DNA of 64,000 bases from Rhizaria sp. SCN 62-66 (lineage: Eukaryota). Under the pieces are notes generated by a model. That model worked only from the letters and a program-made list of their open reading frames with translations. It made no database searches and was not told the origin of the DNA. Position numbers and translations under genes: made by a program. Positions within the stretch are counted from its first letter, which is position 1; the number at the start of each line of letters is the position of its first letter. The stretch covers positions 1 to 64,000 of the forward strand of contig MEDY01000022.1 in NCBI GenBank assembly GCA_001724265.1, in the 5' to 3' direction. Below are positions 23,701 to 37,213 of this stretch, piece after piece.

Positions 23701-26700
23701 CCTGCCGCAGATCATCGCGCTGCCCGCCGCGCTGGCGTCGCAGCTGCCCGAGGCGTCGTCCAGCGCGGGCTTCCACTTCGCGCGCGTCGTCTCTGGCTCG
23801 CCCTGCGGCGCGGCGCAGCTGCACGGCGTGCTAGACGCGCTCCAGGACACCTTCCGCAGCGACATCGACGCCGACCCGGCGCTCTTCTACCGCACCGACG
23901 CGCCCGCGCTGCCGGCGCGCCCGGCGCCGCGGCAGACGGAGCTGGACGAGTCCCGCGGCCGCATTGGCTTGCTCACGGTCATTCCGCGCGAGGCATACCC
24001 GCCGCAGCCGCGCAACAGCACGGCCAACGCCGCGAACGGTGCGGCGAGCACCAAGAGCGCCTCGCGCGCGCTCACCGTCTCTGCCGCGCAACAACAGCAA
24101 CAGCAGGACGGCAGCGAAGGACCTGAGCTGTCTCCGCTGCACCTGCTCGCGGGCTCCGGCTCGTCCCTCGCGTCGTCGTCGCTGCTGCCGCTGGCGTTCC
24201 CGCACGACCCGTCCTCGGCGACGCCCTCGTCGCTGCTCTCGGCCGCGGACCGCGACGCCGGGCTGCCGCTCGTGCGCGTGCTGCTGCTCGCCGGCGGGCC
24301 GGGCTCGGGCCGCGGCACTCTCGGCCGCGCGCTGGAGAAGAGCTACGACATGCTCTACATCGACGTCGAGGAGCTGCTGCGCCAGAACTGCCTCAACGGC
24401 ACCTCGGCGCAGTCGGCCGTGATCGCCCCGCACCTCGCGTCAGGCGTGATTGTGCCCTCGGAGGTCGCTGCGCACGTCGCGCTCGCCGCCGTGCAGGCCG
24501 CGCGCCGGCAGCGTTTCTTCCACGTCGTCCTGCGCGGCTTCCCTGAAGAAGTCGCCGCTCTGCAGACGTGGGAGGTCACGCTCGCGCCCGTGTCGCGCAT
24601 CGTCGCCGTGCTCTACCTCGACGCCGACCCTGCCGTCCGCACGCAGCGCGCGCTCGCGCACTGGCGCGCAGTCTCGGGCCAGTACGACCCATCGGCCGCG
24701 GCGTCGCGCGCTGCGACGGGACTGCCGTCGGGCTTCGTGCCGCCGACCCCTGGCGACGCGCGCTGGCGCGGATATCCCTGCTCCGAGGCGGAGCTCATGA
24801 ACCGCATCGCGCAGTTCGACTCGCACACGCTGCCGCTGCTCGCCGAGCTCGCGCGCCGCGGGCTGGTCGTCAAGCTCGCCGCGGGCGCGCCGCCGGAGCG
24901 CGTGGCGGCCGACGCTGAGGCCGCGCTGCTGCGGCTTAACTGCCGCAAGTCGCTCGACGACGCCGTCCGCGCCGCCGGACTCGTGGCCCAGGACCTGCGC
25001 TCGCCGCTGCCCTTCCTCTGCGTCTTTGTCGTCGGCCCCCCAGGCGCCGGCAAGACGACGGTGGCGGCGCAGCTGGCCGCGCTGTACGGCGTCGAGCACG
25101 TACATGTGCCGACGGTGCTGCGGCGCGAGGCTGCGTCGCGCAGCCCGTTCGGCCGCGTCATCGCGCGCTGCGAGACCGAGGGCGCGCCCGTGCCCGCGCC
25201 GCTGCTCGTCGACGTCCTGCGCACGTACATCACCGACCGCCTGCTTGGCATGGGCGAGGACTACCGCGCCTTCGCCACGCAATACCTGCTCTCTCAGGGC
25301 AGCTCGGGTAACGAAGCGGCTGTTGCGCGCGCGCGCGAGGCCGCGCTGGTGCGGCTGACGTCGCCAGTGTTCCTGGTCGACGGCGCGCAGATGGAGGCCG
25401 CGACGTTCGACGCGCTGCAGCTCATGCTCGGCCGCTCGGGCTCCGATCCCGTCATGCTGCACGTCTCCGCAACCATGTCCAAGTGCGCCGACAATCTCAC
25501 CGCGCGCGCCCGCGTGCCGCCCGCCGCGGTCCGCGCCCGGCTGGCGTCCTTCTCGCTCACGGGCTTCACCGCGCTGTCCCGCGCGCTGGCCGCGGCGGCG
25601 TCGTCGTCCTGCGGTGGCGCCGTTGCGCACGCGCACATCCGCGACGACGACGACGCCGACGCCGCCGTGCTGCTGCGCGCGCGCCCGGCCTTCGAGTCGC
25701 TGCTGGCGCGCATGATGGTGATGCACCCGCGCTACATTGCCGCCGTCGTCGCGCACAACATGGCCCGCGCGCCCGGCGTGGACCTGGGCGCCGTGGCCAC
25801 CGCGGCCGCGTCACTGGCGCCGCTGGCGCTCGACGACCCCGCCGTGGCACGCGCGGCCGCCGCCTCCCCCGCTGCCGTGGCTGCGGGCGAGGAAACGGCG
25901 CGGTTGGCCACCGAGGCCGCCGTCATTATGCAGCGCCGCGCCGTCGTCGACGCCGAGCGGCACACGGTCGAGCAACAGATCCGCGACCTGGAGACGGCAA
26001 TCGCGCGCCTGCAGCCCGGCCAGAGCCTCTCGGCGCAGCACTTCCCGCCCGGTAGCGTCGGCGACGTCCCCAGCGCGGTCGCCAGCAACAAGGGCGCGCT
26101 CGTCCCCGGCACTGGTGGCGCCGGCTCGAGCGCGAACAGCTACAGTAGCGCGAGCGCGGGCAGTGCTGGCGACGCGGACTCGAGCGTGCCGACGCTGCGC
26201 TTCCTGCCGCTGTTCGTGGTCGGCGCGCCGTGCGCGGGCAAGTCGCACGCGTGCGCGGCCATCGCTCTGGCGACCCACGCCGTGCACCTCGACGTCCCGG
26301 CGCTGCTCGCGCTCGAGGCGCGCGACGCGTCCTCCGCACTGGGCGCCGTCGTGCGCGACTTCGTGCGCGCAGCGAGCCCCGTGCCGCCGGCCGCCGTGAC
26401 CGACATCCTGCTCGCGCACGTGCAGCGTTACGCGCAACACGGGCAGACCACGTTCCTCATCGAAGGCTTTCCGGCCTCGCTCGACGAGTGGAGCCATTGG
26501 TGCACTGCGCTTGGCCTCCCGCCCACACCCGCGCCCGCCGCCGTCGCACGCGCGCGCGCCACCAACGGCGCGTCCGCGGCTGCCGCGTTCGGTGACGCGT
26601 TCGGCGCCGGCGAGGTGCCGCCGTCGTCGCTCGCGGGCTACTTCATCTCGGTCGACGCGCCCTACAATGTCGCCGCGGAGCGCTTCGCGGCCCGGTACCG

Positions 26701-29700
26701 CGCAGAGATCTCGCAGCACGCGGCCGCGGCGCCCGCGTCGACGCGCCGCAGCAGCGGCAACGGCAGCATGGCGCTCGTGCCCGCCGGTGCCCACGGCCAC
26801 GGCCACGGCCACGGGCACATGGGCGACGAGGCCGCGGACGACCCGGTTCACTCTGTCGCCGCGCGTCTGGCTCCCGGCTCACAGTTTCCGCTCGTCCCGG
26901 CCTCAGGCTCGTCATCGGCCAACGCGGCCGCCGCGGCGTCCGTCTCCGCGGCCTCGCTCCGTGGCTTCGAGGACACTTACTGGGCTCGCACTGAGGTACG
27001 ATGACATCAAACACTGATTCTACATTTTTTCATGCCATGTCTTTAATTGCATCGTCTCCACCAATCCTCGCTCTTACATATTTTGTGTTTCTCATTTTGT
27101 TTCGCTAATCACTTCAGGCTTTGCAAGAGGTTCTCGCTGCGGCGCGCTTCCTCTGGGGTCAGTCCTCCGGCGTGCGCGCCCTCGTCCACAACGTCGACGC
27201 GCGCGGCTCGCCCATGTCGGTTCAGGCCGCGCTGCTCACGGTCATCACGCGCGTCCTCCACTCGCTCGACATCCCCCTCGGTATCGCTGCCGCGGCCAAC
27301 GGCAGCGCCAACGCTAGCAGCCGTGGCAACGTGGCGAACGCAGGCGCGTCGTCGACCGCGATGACTCCCACTGGCGGCGCTGGAGCGAGCGCTACTGGCC
27401 GTCCCCCGCGTCCTCTGCGCGCGCGCACGTCGTGGGTGTTCCCAATCTTCCTCCTGGGCGGCCCCGGCGCGGGTAAGATGACGCTCGCGGGCCGTCTCGC
27501 GCGCGACCTCGGGCTCACTCACATCAACACGCCCGCGCTGCTTGAGGCCGAGGCACGCGCGCGCTCGCGCTACTCGCCCAAGATCATCGAGTGCGCGCGC
27601 GTGGGCGCCCCCGTGCCCGGCGAGATCGCCGCCGCCGTGGTGTGCCGCGCCGTCGCGCAGGCCGTCGAGGCCGGCAACAACGTCTTTGTCGTCAACGGCT
27701 TCCCGCAGTGCACCGACTCGTGGACCGCGTGGACGCAGTGGCTCGGCGGCTATCCCTCGCATGCCGCCACTATTGTGCTCGATTGTCCCAAGGACACCCG
27801 GCTGCGGCGCCTGATCCGCCAGGAGGAGCAGCACCAGGCGGCGTCTAAGCAGCGCCTGGGCCGGCCCGTGTCGATGCCCGAGTCTTCGCACCTGTCCACG
27901 CGCCTCGGCTTTGGCCGCGAGGCCGGATTGGCCTTTACACGCGGCGCGTCGATGGGCATCGAGAAGGCCGGCTGGGTGTACGACACGATCACGCAGCACG
28001 CCGAGCTGGCGCTGCTCCACGCACCCACCGCGGGGCCCGCGCTCGTGGTCAACGCGCTCGAGGCGCCCGACGCCGTCGCCGCCAAGACCACGCTGTGGGT
28101 TGCCGCGCTCATGTGTCGCCTCCAGGTCGCTCTGAAGCCCGCTCTCGCGTTCGCCGAGGCGCTCGAGGACGACGCTGCGGCTGGCACTGGCGTCGTCGGC
28201 GCGCTCACGGGCGCTGCGGGCGCTGGCGGCGCTGCGAGCACGCTCGCGGGCGCGATCGCGGCCAGCAGCAGCGCGCTACGCGTGGATCCCGGCGTGCTGA
28301 TGGGCGCCATCGCGACCCTTGCGGGCGGCGCCGGTGCCGTGCTGCGCCCGCAGCTGAGCCCGCTGGGCCCCACGCGCGCCCCGCTGCCCGCGGCCGTGCT
28401 GTCGGCATCGACCTTCGCGCCGCTGATGCTGTCGTCTGCGGTCTCGCTGCAGTCGTCCTCGGCCATGGGCTCCACAGCCTCTGTCCTCGCGCGGCTGACG
28501 TTCAACCCGCAGTCGCAGCCCGCGACCGCGGTGGCAGCGTCGCTCGCGGCGCCTCTGATCGCCGCGGCCGCGACCAACCCCGCCGCGGCGGCCGTGCTCG
28601 CGCGCACTTTCCCGCTGCTGCTATCATCCATCGCGGCCGCCACGGGCGGCAGCAGCAGCATGCTGTCCGCCGCCGCCGCCGCCTCGGCCGCTGGTGCTCG
28701 CAAGACCTCCGCTTTGACCTCTGCGTCCTCCGCTGTCGGTGCTAGCGCTGTCACACAGAGTTCCGCCGCCGCCGCTGCCGCTGCCGCCGCCGCCGCAGCC
28801 TCCGCGGCCGCCGCGGCCGACCCGTTCTACCTGGCCGCGGGCACGCTCTCCGCGTTCGTGCCCGCGGTGCTGGGCGCGGGCCCCACGCACGCCATCACGC
28901 CGCGCGGGCTGCACATCGTCCACATCCTCGGCGCGCCCGGCTCCGGCACCACAGAGCTCGCGCGCGCGGTCTGCGGCCGCTACGCCATGGGCTACGTCGA
29001 CACCGACGCACTGCTTGACGAGCTCTGGGCCAAGGACGCCGAGCGCGCCGCCGCCGCGAAGCTCGGCCTCCGCGGCAACAACGGCAACAGCGACGCTGCT
29101 GAGGGCAGCGAGCCGGCCTTCCCGGCGGGGGCCGCGCTGCACGGCGTTATCGGCGGCGCCTTCCCGGACGTATTGGCCGCTCGCGTGTGGGCGCTCGTGT
29201 GCGCGCTGCACCGCGAGGGCCACTCGGCCGTGCTGGTGCCGGGCTTCCCCGCCTCGCAGACGCAGCTGCTGCGGTGGACGGCGCTCACGGCGGGCCGCGC
29301 CACGCTCGCGGGCGCCGTGTTGCTCGACGTGCCCGCGCAGGCGTGCTCCGACGCGCTGCTCGCGCGCGGCATGGCGCCCACGCGCGCGCTCGCGATGCTG
29401 ACAGACTACAACACCAATACGCTCCCCGTGCTGCAAGACCTGGCCTCGGGCGCTGTCTCCGCGGCCACTTTTGCCCCCGGGAGCGCGCGCGCCGCCGCGG
29501 CCGCCGCCGCTGCCGCCGCCGCCGCGGTCGCTGCAGACGTCTCACATGCCATCGCCGACGTCGCCGCGATCCTCGGTGCACCCGCCGCGGCGTCGGCCGC
29601 CTCGGCCGCCGGCCTTGCGTCGGCCGTGATGCCCGTCACGGCCTCGGCGTTGTCGCCCACGGCCTTCATGCTCCCGCTCTCGCTGCCCGTTTCGGCCGCG

Positions 29701-32700
29701 ACGGCGCCCGCGCAGGCCGTGTCGGCGCTGGCGCCCGCGCTGGCGGCCTACAGCGACCTGGCTGTGCTGCCGACGCCGCCCGCGGGCGTGGAACTCGTGT
29801 ACCCCGACTCCGCGTCGGCCGCGCTTGTCGTCGCCGCCCCAGTCAAGGAGCCGCTCGTCGTGCTCGTCGTCGGCGGGCCCGGCGCGGGCAAGCGCGCCGC
29901 AGTGTCAGCGCTCATCCGCAGCGACGCTGAGCTCTCCGCCGCCGGCGCGTCCCCCGCCAGCGCGGTCCTCGGCGGTCCCAACGGCGGCGCGGGCCCGCGG
30001 TTCGTGGCGGTGTTTGCGGCGTCGCTCGTCTCCCTGGAGGCGAGCAAGGACACGGACACGGGCGCGGTGGTGCGCCACTGCCTTGAGCAGGACGCGCCCG
30101 TGCCGCCGCGCATCGTCGCCTCAGTCGTGCGCCGCTTTATTTGGGAGCAGCACGCGCTGCTCACCACCTCGCCCGACGCTGTTGCGCTCGCCGCCGCCGC
30201 CGCGCCCGCGCTCGCGGCCTCCGGCGCTGACGCCGACGACGCGACGTCGCCCGACGCCATTGCGCGCGCGCTGCCGCCGACCGTGTTCCTCGTCGTCGGC
30301 TTCCCCTCAGACCCGGCCGCGCTGGCGCAGTGGCTGGCCTCGGTGCGCGACGTCCCGCCCTCGGTCTGCGCCGGCTCATCTGCCTCGTCCGTGTCCGCCT
30401 CGGCCGCGGCTCCCGCGTTCGCCGTGTGGGTTGAGAGCCCGGACCGCGCGCGCATGCGCCGGCTGCTGCAGCGCGGCGAGTCGGAGCGCTCCATCCTCGC
30501 GCGCTGCGAGCGCTGGGCGCTCTCCCGCGGGCCGCTGCTCGAGGCCCTCCGCAGCCTCGGCGGCGCCGTCGCCGTCGTTGACGCCGCGCGCATCGCGCGC
30601 TCGGTGCTGCGCCGCGCGGGCGCCGCCCCCGACGCGCGCGCGGGCGAGGTGGTGACGCCCGAGCAGTTGGTGCCACACCTGCGCACCGCCGTCCAGGGCC
30701 TTGTCGTCGCCGCCACCGCGCAGCGCAGGCTCTCGACCGCGCTCGCCCGCTCCGCCGCGCTGCTTGCGCACCATGCCGCCGCCGGCAACTCCAAGAACAA
30801 TTCCATCGCGCGCTCGCGTGCGCCGCTGCCCGCGCTGCCCGCCCCTGCCGGCGTGGCCGCTGCGCCGGCACAGTCGCAGGCGCAGTGGCAGATGCTGGTG
30901 CTGCTGACGCCGCACCAGGCCGTCGCGGACGCGGTGGCGTTGCGCGTGTGCGCAGGCTACAAGGCGGCGTACCTCTCGCGCTTCGCCGTGCTCTCCAGCG
31001 TCGGCTCGCCGCTCGCGCTCGCGTCCCCCGCGCGCCCCTCTGCGGACCCGCACGGCGACGCCACGGCCGTCGCGTCGCTCTTCCTGCGCTCGATGCAGGA
31101 GCGCGCGCAGGACGGCGGCGTCACGCACTTCGTCGCGCACGGCTTCCCTGCCAACGCCGAGGAGCTCGCCGCGCTGACCCGCGCCGCCGGCGCGCGTGTT
31201 GCCATCGTCGCCGTCGAGATCATCGACAGCGAGAGCGCCGCCGCCGCGGCTGCCGCCGACGAGGCCGCGCTGCGCTCGCCCACCACGGCGGCCGCGGCCG
31301 CTGCGAACAAGCGCGGCAGCGGCGGCAACTTCTCTACGGCCTCGCCCCGCGTCCCGAATACCGCCACCGCGAGCGCTGCGAACGCCGCGCCGCTGCCCGA
31401 CGTTGCCGGCACCGCCGCCGCCGCCGCGCGCGCACTGGCCGCGGACGGCTCCGTGCGCTTTTTCGCGCTGTCTGCACCGCGCTCGTCACCGCGCCCCTTC
31501 GCGCCCGCCGTCGCGCCCCCGAGCTCCGCCACCGCCGCCCAGTCGCACTCGCTGAGCGGGGCCAGCGAGCGCGACCAGGCTGACATGCAGCAGGCGCTGC
31601 TCGCGCCCGTGAACCCGCTGCCCGTGGCGCGCTGGGCGTTGGCGCTGGACGAGATCTTCGCCGAGATGCGCCGCGTGGTGCAGTTGCCGTACCTCTGGGC
31701 CGCGGCCTCGGTCGAGCCCGCCTCGTCCTCGGCTGTCGTCGCCCAGTCCGCGCTGCAGAACATCGGCGCCGTCATCGCCTACAGCAACAACGCCAACAAC
31801 AACGTCACTGCGAGCGCTGTGGTCGCGGCTGTGGACGCGTCAGTGATGCTGCTGTTTGCGCTGGGCGACCCGTCGCTGTCGGCGATGTCGCACGAGCTCA
31901 CGCGGCTCCGCGTGCAGCTGGGCTTTACGCTGCTCGACCCCACGCCCGTGCGCCTTGTGCTGCGCGTGCTCTACACGCTGCGCCGCATCCTCCGCGCGCG
32001 CAACCAGCGCCTCGTCGCAGTCTCGGGTGCCCTCGCCGCTGGCCTCGCAAAAGGCCGCCGCGGCTCCACCACGCTCGCCACCGCGACTGCCGCCACTGCG
32101 GCGACGACCAACACCAACGGCGTCTCCGCTGCGCCCACGCCCGCTGCCGCTGCAGCAGTGGCCGCATCCGAGCTGTGCCCGGCGCTGGCCGCCGCCGCGG
32201 TGGCCGACGCGCTCTCGGCCAGCAGCGCGCTGACCGCCGGCGCCGGCGCGCTGTCGTGGGCCGCCACGGCGCGCTTCCTGCTCACCATCTCCGGACTGGG
32301 CCACCTGCACGACGTGCGCGACGCGCTCATTACCGCCGAGACCGAGGCCGCCGTGCACCACAGCAACAGCGCCGCGGCGGCCAACGCGGTGACTGCGGGT
32401 GCCGGCGACAGCGACGCCGCCGCAGAGGCCGCCGCGCTCGTCGCGTGGCTGCACTGGGAGCTCCAGTCCGTCGCCGCTGCCGCCGCGCCCATGGTCACCA
32501 CCACCGCGGCCAACGGCAAGCACCGCGCTGCGGCAGTGAGCGTCACATCCCGCGGCGCGCACGTCGCGGTCACGGGCTTCCCCGCTTCGCTGGCCGAGTG
32601 GACCGCCCTCGCGCGCTCGCCGCTCGCGCCCACACCCGCGGCGCCTGCGTTCGCGCTCGCCTTCGCGGGCTCGCAAGCGTTGCTGCAGGCGCAGGCCGTC

Positions 32701-35700
32701 GACAAGGGCATCCTCGCGCTCCCGGCCTCCGCGCTCGCCTCAGCGTCGTCCTTCACGGCGGCTGCGGCCCCCGTGGCGTCCCCCGCGGCCGCCGCGCTGG
32801 CGCCCGCCGCCACTGAGTCCGCGGCCTTCGCGGGGGCCTGGGCGCCGCACGCCTCCCCCGCGGGCGCCGAGGCCGCCGACGCACAGAAGCGTCTGGTGAC
32901 TGCGTTACCGGCGTTGTGCACGCTCACGGTCGACCAGGCGGTGTGCCGCACGCCGGTGCAGGTGGCCACCGCGGTCGACTCATGGCTGCACCAGCTCGAG
33001 GCCGCCAGCGCCGCCGGGCTGCTCACCGTCACCGCGCCCAGCGGCGCGGCGGTCAACAACGATCGCAGCAACGAGAGCGAGATCGAGAGCAAGGATGCCT
33101 CGCTGTCGCGTCAGAACAGCGGCGCCTACGGCAGCAGCGGCGACGAAGGCAACGTGTTGATCCACGTCGGCCACGCCACGCTCGCGCTCGCGCCCGAGGA
33201 CGTCGCCACAGGCTCGCTGCTGCAGACGCTGTCCCGCGCCAAGTCCAGATCGGGCTCCCGCCGTGCGCTCACCACCGCGGCAGCGTCCGACAGCGCTGCC
33301 GCGGCGCTCACCGCGGTCGGCGGCGCGCGCGGCGAGAGCCTCAGTCTGCTGAGCTTCCGCTTGGGCTACACCGCGCTGCCGCCCGTCTCGGCCGCGGCGC
33401 CGCGCGCGTGGCTGCTCTCGGCGTGGCGGCCACAGGCGATGCCGATCGCGCGCGCGGTGTTCCTCGTCGCGCCACCAGGGTTCCCGCTCTTCCCGCTGTG
33501 CAACCATCTGACGACGGCCTACGACTTCAAGTGGCTCGACCTGCCCTCGCTTGTCGAGCGCGCCGTCGCCGAGGCCCCCGCGTCGCCCGTTGCCGGTATT
33601 GTGCGCCGCACCGTGGTGAAGCATGGCATGCTGCTCACGGACATGGCCAGCGGCGCCGCCGGGTCCGCCGCGTCAGCCGCGCGCGCCTACTCGGCCTCGG
33701 TCGCCGCTGGGTCCACCGTGGTGCCCGTCTCGGCCACGGCTATTGCGGCCGTCATCTCGAAGCTGCCGCCCGCGCTGCTCGTGCACGTGCTCCAGGACGC
33801 GATGCAGCGCGAGATCGCGCTCCCGCTCGCCGCCGCGGAAGACACCAACATGTCCACCGTCGCCGCGCACAGTCACCGCAACGCCAACGGCGGTGTGATG
33901 ACGGCGACGTCCGCGGCCGGCCTTAAGTCCGCACGCGCGCTGTCTGCGGGCCGCGCGTCGTTTATCGTCTCCGGCTTCCCCGCCGACAGCGACGCGTGGA
34001 CCGTCTGGCGCGCCTCTGCCGCCGCGCGCGCGTGTCCGCAGTCGCTGCTGGTGCTGCTGGACCAGGACCCGCTGGTGGCGGCGCTGTCGCCGAGCCCCGC
34101 CGCGCTGCAGGCCGCCCGCGAGGTGGCCGAGCGCGCCGCGCAGGAAGAGCGCGAGCGTCGTATGACCGACGCCATCGACCTCCAGCGGCGCTGCCGCGCG
34201 CGCGCGACGGCCGCCGTGGCGCCCGCGCTGGAGCGCGCCGCCGCCGTGGCGTGGCTGCGCGACACGGCTGCCGCCGAGCGCGCGCGCGCCGCCGCGCTGC
34301 GCACCGCGGCCGACGCCGTCGTTGCGGCCGCCGCGGAGGAGGCTGCGCGGCTGGCGCCCGGCGAGACGCAGGAGCGCGGCGAGCGCATGGCGCGCATCGC
34401 GGCCGCGCAGGACACGCGGCTGTGCACGTTTGCGCTCTCCTGCACCTTCCTGCCCGCCATCCTTGCCGAGGCCGACTACAACAGCGGCAACGGCCAGGGC
34501 AGCGCTGGCGGTGACGGCAGCGGTGGCAACGCCGTGCTGCGCCTGCACCGGCGGGTGTCCGGCGCGGCGGCCGCGGGCGTGAGCGCGCCCCTGCAGCAGT
34601 CCTCGGCCGTGGCGCCCGGCCGACACGCCGAGTTCGCGGCGCACATCGTGCTGCGGCTGCCGATGGCGCTGCCACGGTCCGCGCTCTCGGCTGCACAGGA
34701 GCAGGCTAAGCTCCAGCAGCAGCAGCAGCAGCAACAGCAGTTGCAGCAGGTTGACGCTGACGGCGAGCTGATTGAGCACGTCTCCGGCAACACCGGCAAC
34801 GCGAACGCCGTCGTGCCCGAGGCCGAGGACGACTCGGCAGCCATCCGCGCCGCCGCCAATGCATACCTCAGCCGCGAGCTCGCCACCCAGTACGTCTTCA
34901 CAATCTCTCGCCCCAGCTCGAGCAATGGCAGCGGCGACGGCGGCGCGTTTTCGCTTGACGACGTCGTCGCCGTGGCCGAGGTTACCGCGGCCGAGCTCGT
35001 CGCCGCCGCCCGCTCCGGCTCTCTTGTGGCCCGCCTGACGCCCGCGGCGGGCGTCGCGCTGTCGCGCTCGGCGCAGCTCGTCGTGCGCACCGTCTCCGTC
35101 GCGCCTACGCCCTTCGACGCCGCGGCGGCCGAGCCCGAGTCGGCGCTGCTCTCCGCCGCCGCCGCGGCCGCCGCCGAGGCCCACCGCGCCGAGGCCGCCC
35201 GGTGCGACGCGCGAGCACAGGAGACCGACGCGGAGCTCGCGCTGGTGCTGTCCGGCCGCGCCCCCGCGCCCGAGGTGCCGCCCGCGGCCGCCGCGACGTC
35301 GCCGGCCGCCGCGCTGGCGCTGGACGCCGTGGCCGCGGTGCGCCGCCGCGCCGCCGACGCCGCGGCGGCCATGGCGACGGCGGATGCTGGCGTGCGCGCG
35401 CTCGAGGCCGAGGCCGAGGCCGCCGCGGCGGGCCCCGCGACGCCGGCGCCGCTGGTGCGCGACAAGGTTCTCGCGCAGCTGTCGCCGCAGGACCGCGCGC
35501 AAGTGCTGGTGTTCGAGGAGGCGACGCTGCCGCTGTGCCGCTCGCTCGCCGCCGAGGACCAGTGCGCGGTCGTGCCCGTGGCGGCCGACGCCGAGCGCGA
35601 AACGGTGTACGAGCACCTCGTCGCCGCCATGCACCAGCGGCTGCCGGACATCGAGGTGCTGTCGATGGCCGAGAAGGAGGCGCTGCCCGCCGCGCTCGAC

Positions 35701-36489
35701 GCCGCGGAAGCCGCCACGGCCGGCACGCACGCCAACAGCCTCGGCAGCGGCACGTCCACGGACGCCAATGCCGCCGCCGCCGCTGCTGCTGCGGGCGCTC
35801 GCAAGCCGAAGCCGCCGCTGCGTCTGTCATTCCTGCTGGGTCCCGCGGGCAGTGGCAAGCGGTCCCTGGTCAAGAGCGTGCTGCAGAAGTACTCCAGCAG
35901 CGTCGTGCACCTGGATGCCGCGAAGCTGGTCCAGGAGGAGCGCGAGAGCGCCCTCGACCTCGGCGCGGGTTCCCCAGGCGCCGGATCCGCGGGCGCGGAG
36001 GAGCACGTGGACCAGGCCGCCGTGCGCATCATCCTGCGGCAGGCGGCGGCGATCGCGGCCGCGGCGGGGGGAAACAGCACGAGCAGCTTCGTCGTGACCG
36101 GCTTCCCGCAGACGGTCAGCGGGTGGGGCTTCCTGCTCCAGGAGCCCACGGTTTCGCGCGCCAACGCGGCCGGCCGCAGCAAGGAGGCCGCCGGCGGCGG
36201 GCTCCGCGGGCCGCGCTTTGAGGTGGCCTCGGTGCTGCTGCTCGCATGCCCGCAGAACACGTGCCTGCAGCGCATGCTGAAGCAGGGCGTGCCGCTCAAG
36301 GCGGCGCAGGCGGCAGGCAAGGAGTACGAGGCCAACCAGAAGCACGTCGTGGCGCGGCTGATGCAAGAGGAGCCCATCCTGTCCACGACCGTGTCCGCCA
36401 ACGGGCCGCTCGAGACGGTTGCCGGCGAGGTCGCCGCGCATCTGGCCAAGGTCCTCGTGCTCGCGCCCGACAACGGCAACAACGCGTAA
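17639..36489 (+). CDS. Giant protein (~6242 aa) with ~15 tandem adenylate/UMP-CMP-kinase-like P-loop domains. Exons 17639-26995 and 27118-36489
   Basis: The 3121-aa and 3122-aa ORFs are joined by a phase-0 122-nt GT-AG intron. The recurring unit is hydrophobic strand-GGPG(A/S)G(K/R/T)...LL...hhhhxGFP...hhhLD(C/V)P, separated by Ala/Ser-rich linkers. TAA stop. Confidence 0.88.
26996..27117 (+). other. Spliceosomal intron (122 nt)
   Basis: GAG|GTACGA...GCTAATCACTTCAG|GCT; AT-rich, with a CTAAT branch-point-like motif just upstream of the AG; phase 0 on both sides. Confidence 0.9.
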
Positions 36490-37213
36490 GCGATAACACG
36501 TAAGCAAACCAGATGGAAGAGAAATTGAGTCTATGGCGTCGATAATAATGTTCTAGCACTTGTCGACGAAAAAACGAAGTTGAATTTAGTTAATTTGTGT
36601 TGTACGAGTTTTATGATTGAGTTTGTCAAAAATTATATGCGTTACCACGCATGATATACACAATAGTATTCCGTTTTTATCATCAGAAGTCACCCTGTTT
36701 TCTTGGGATAGAGGCACCTGCTTTCAGACCTTGGCGAAAAAAACATTTAATAAATCTAAGATAATCAACACTGTGCGTTCTTGAACTGTGTTGACGCGAT
36801 GTGCGCTTAGGATCGATGAGATATGCCTGTGAAATCGACGTAAGGAGAAATTCTGTTCTTAAGTCCAACATTTTCGCGAACCGTCCCAAATTGAATTCGG
36901 CCAACCGCGCTGACTTGGCCTTTGGTAAAAAGTCTTCTGTGGAGGTCTTACCGCTGTACAATAGCGACCATATTTTGTACCTGAACTATATGCTCCGCAT
37001 TCTATCTATTTGTCGTGTTATTCTTTTCCGTTCCCCTAGAGGTACCCCACGTTTCCTGACTGACTCACAGCTCAGTGAGATCTGCGCGGCTCTCATCTAA
37101 AGTTCACCTCTCGACACCGTTTGTGCGAGATCCATTCTTCTGTTTGTTATCATACTACGCTCATATGCTCATCGGCGTCTATATGCTGCGATTCCCCTTT
37201 GTTATAGCTTTGT

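Noticed and set aside
27002-27004. TGA ending the 3121-aa ORF, considered as a gene end or a recoded stop
   Set aside because: It lies inside a clear AT-rich GT-AG intron (26996-27117).
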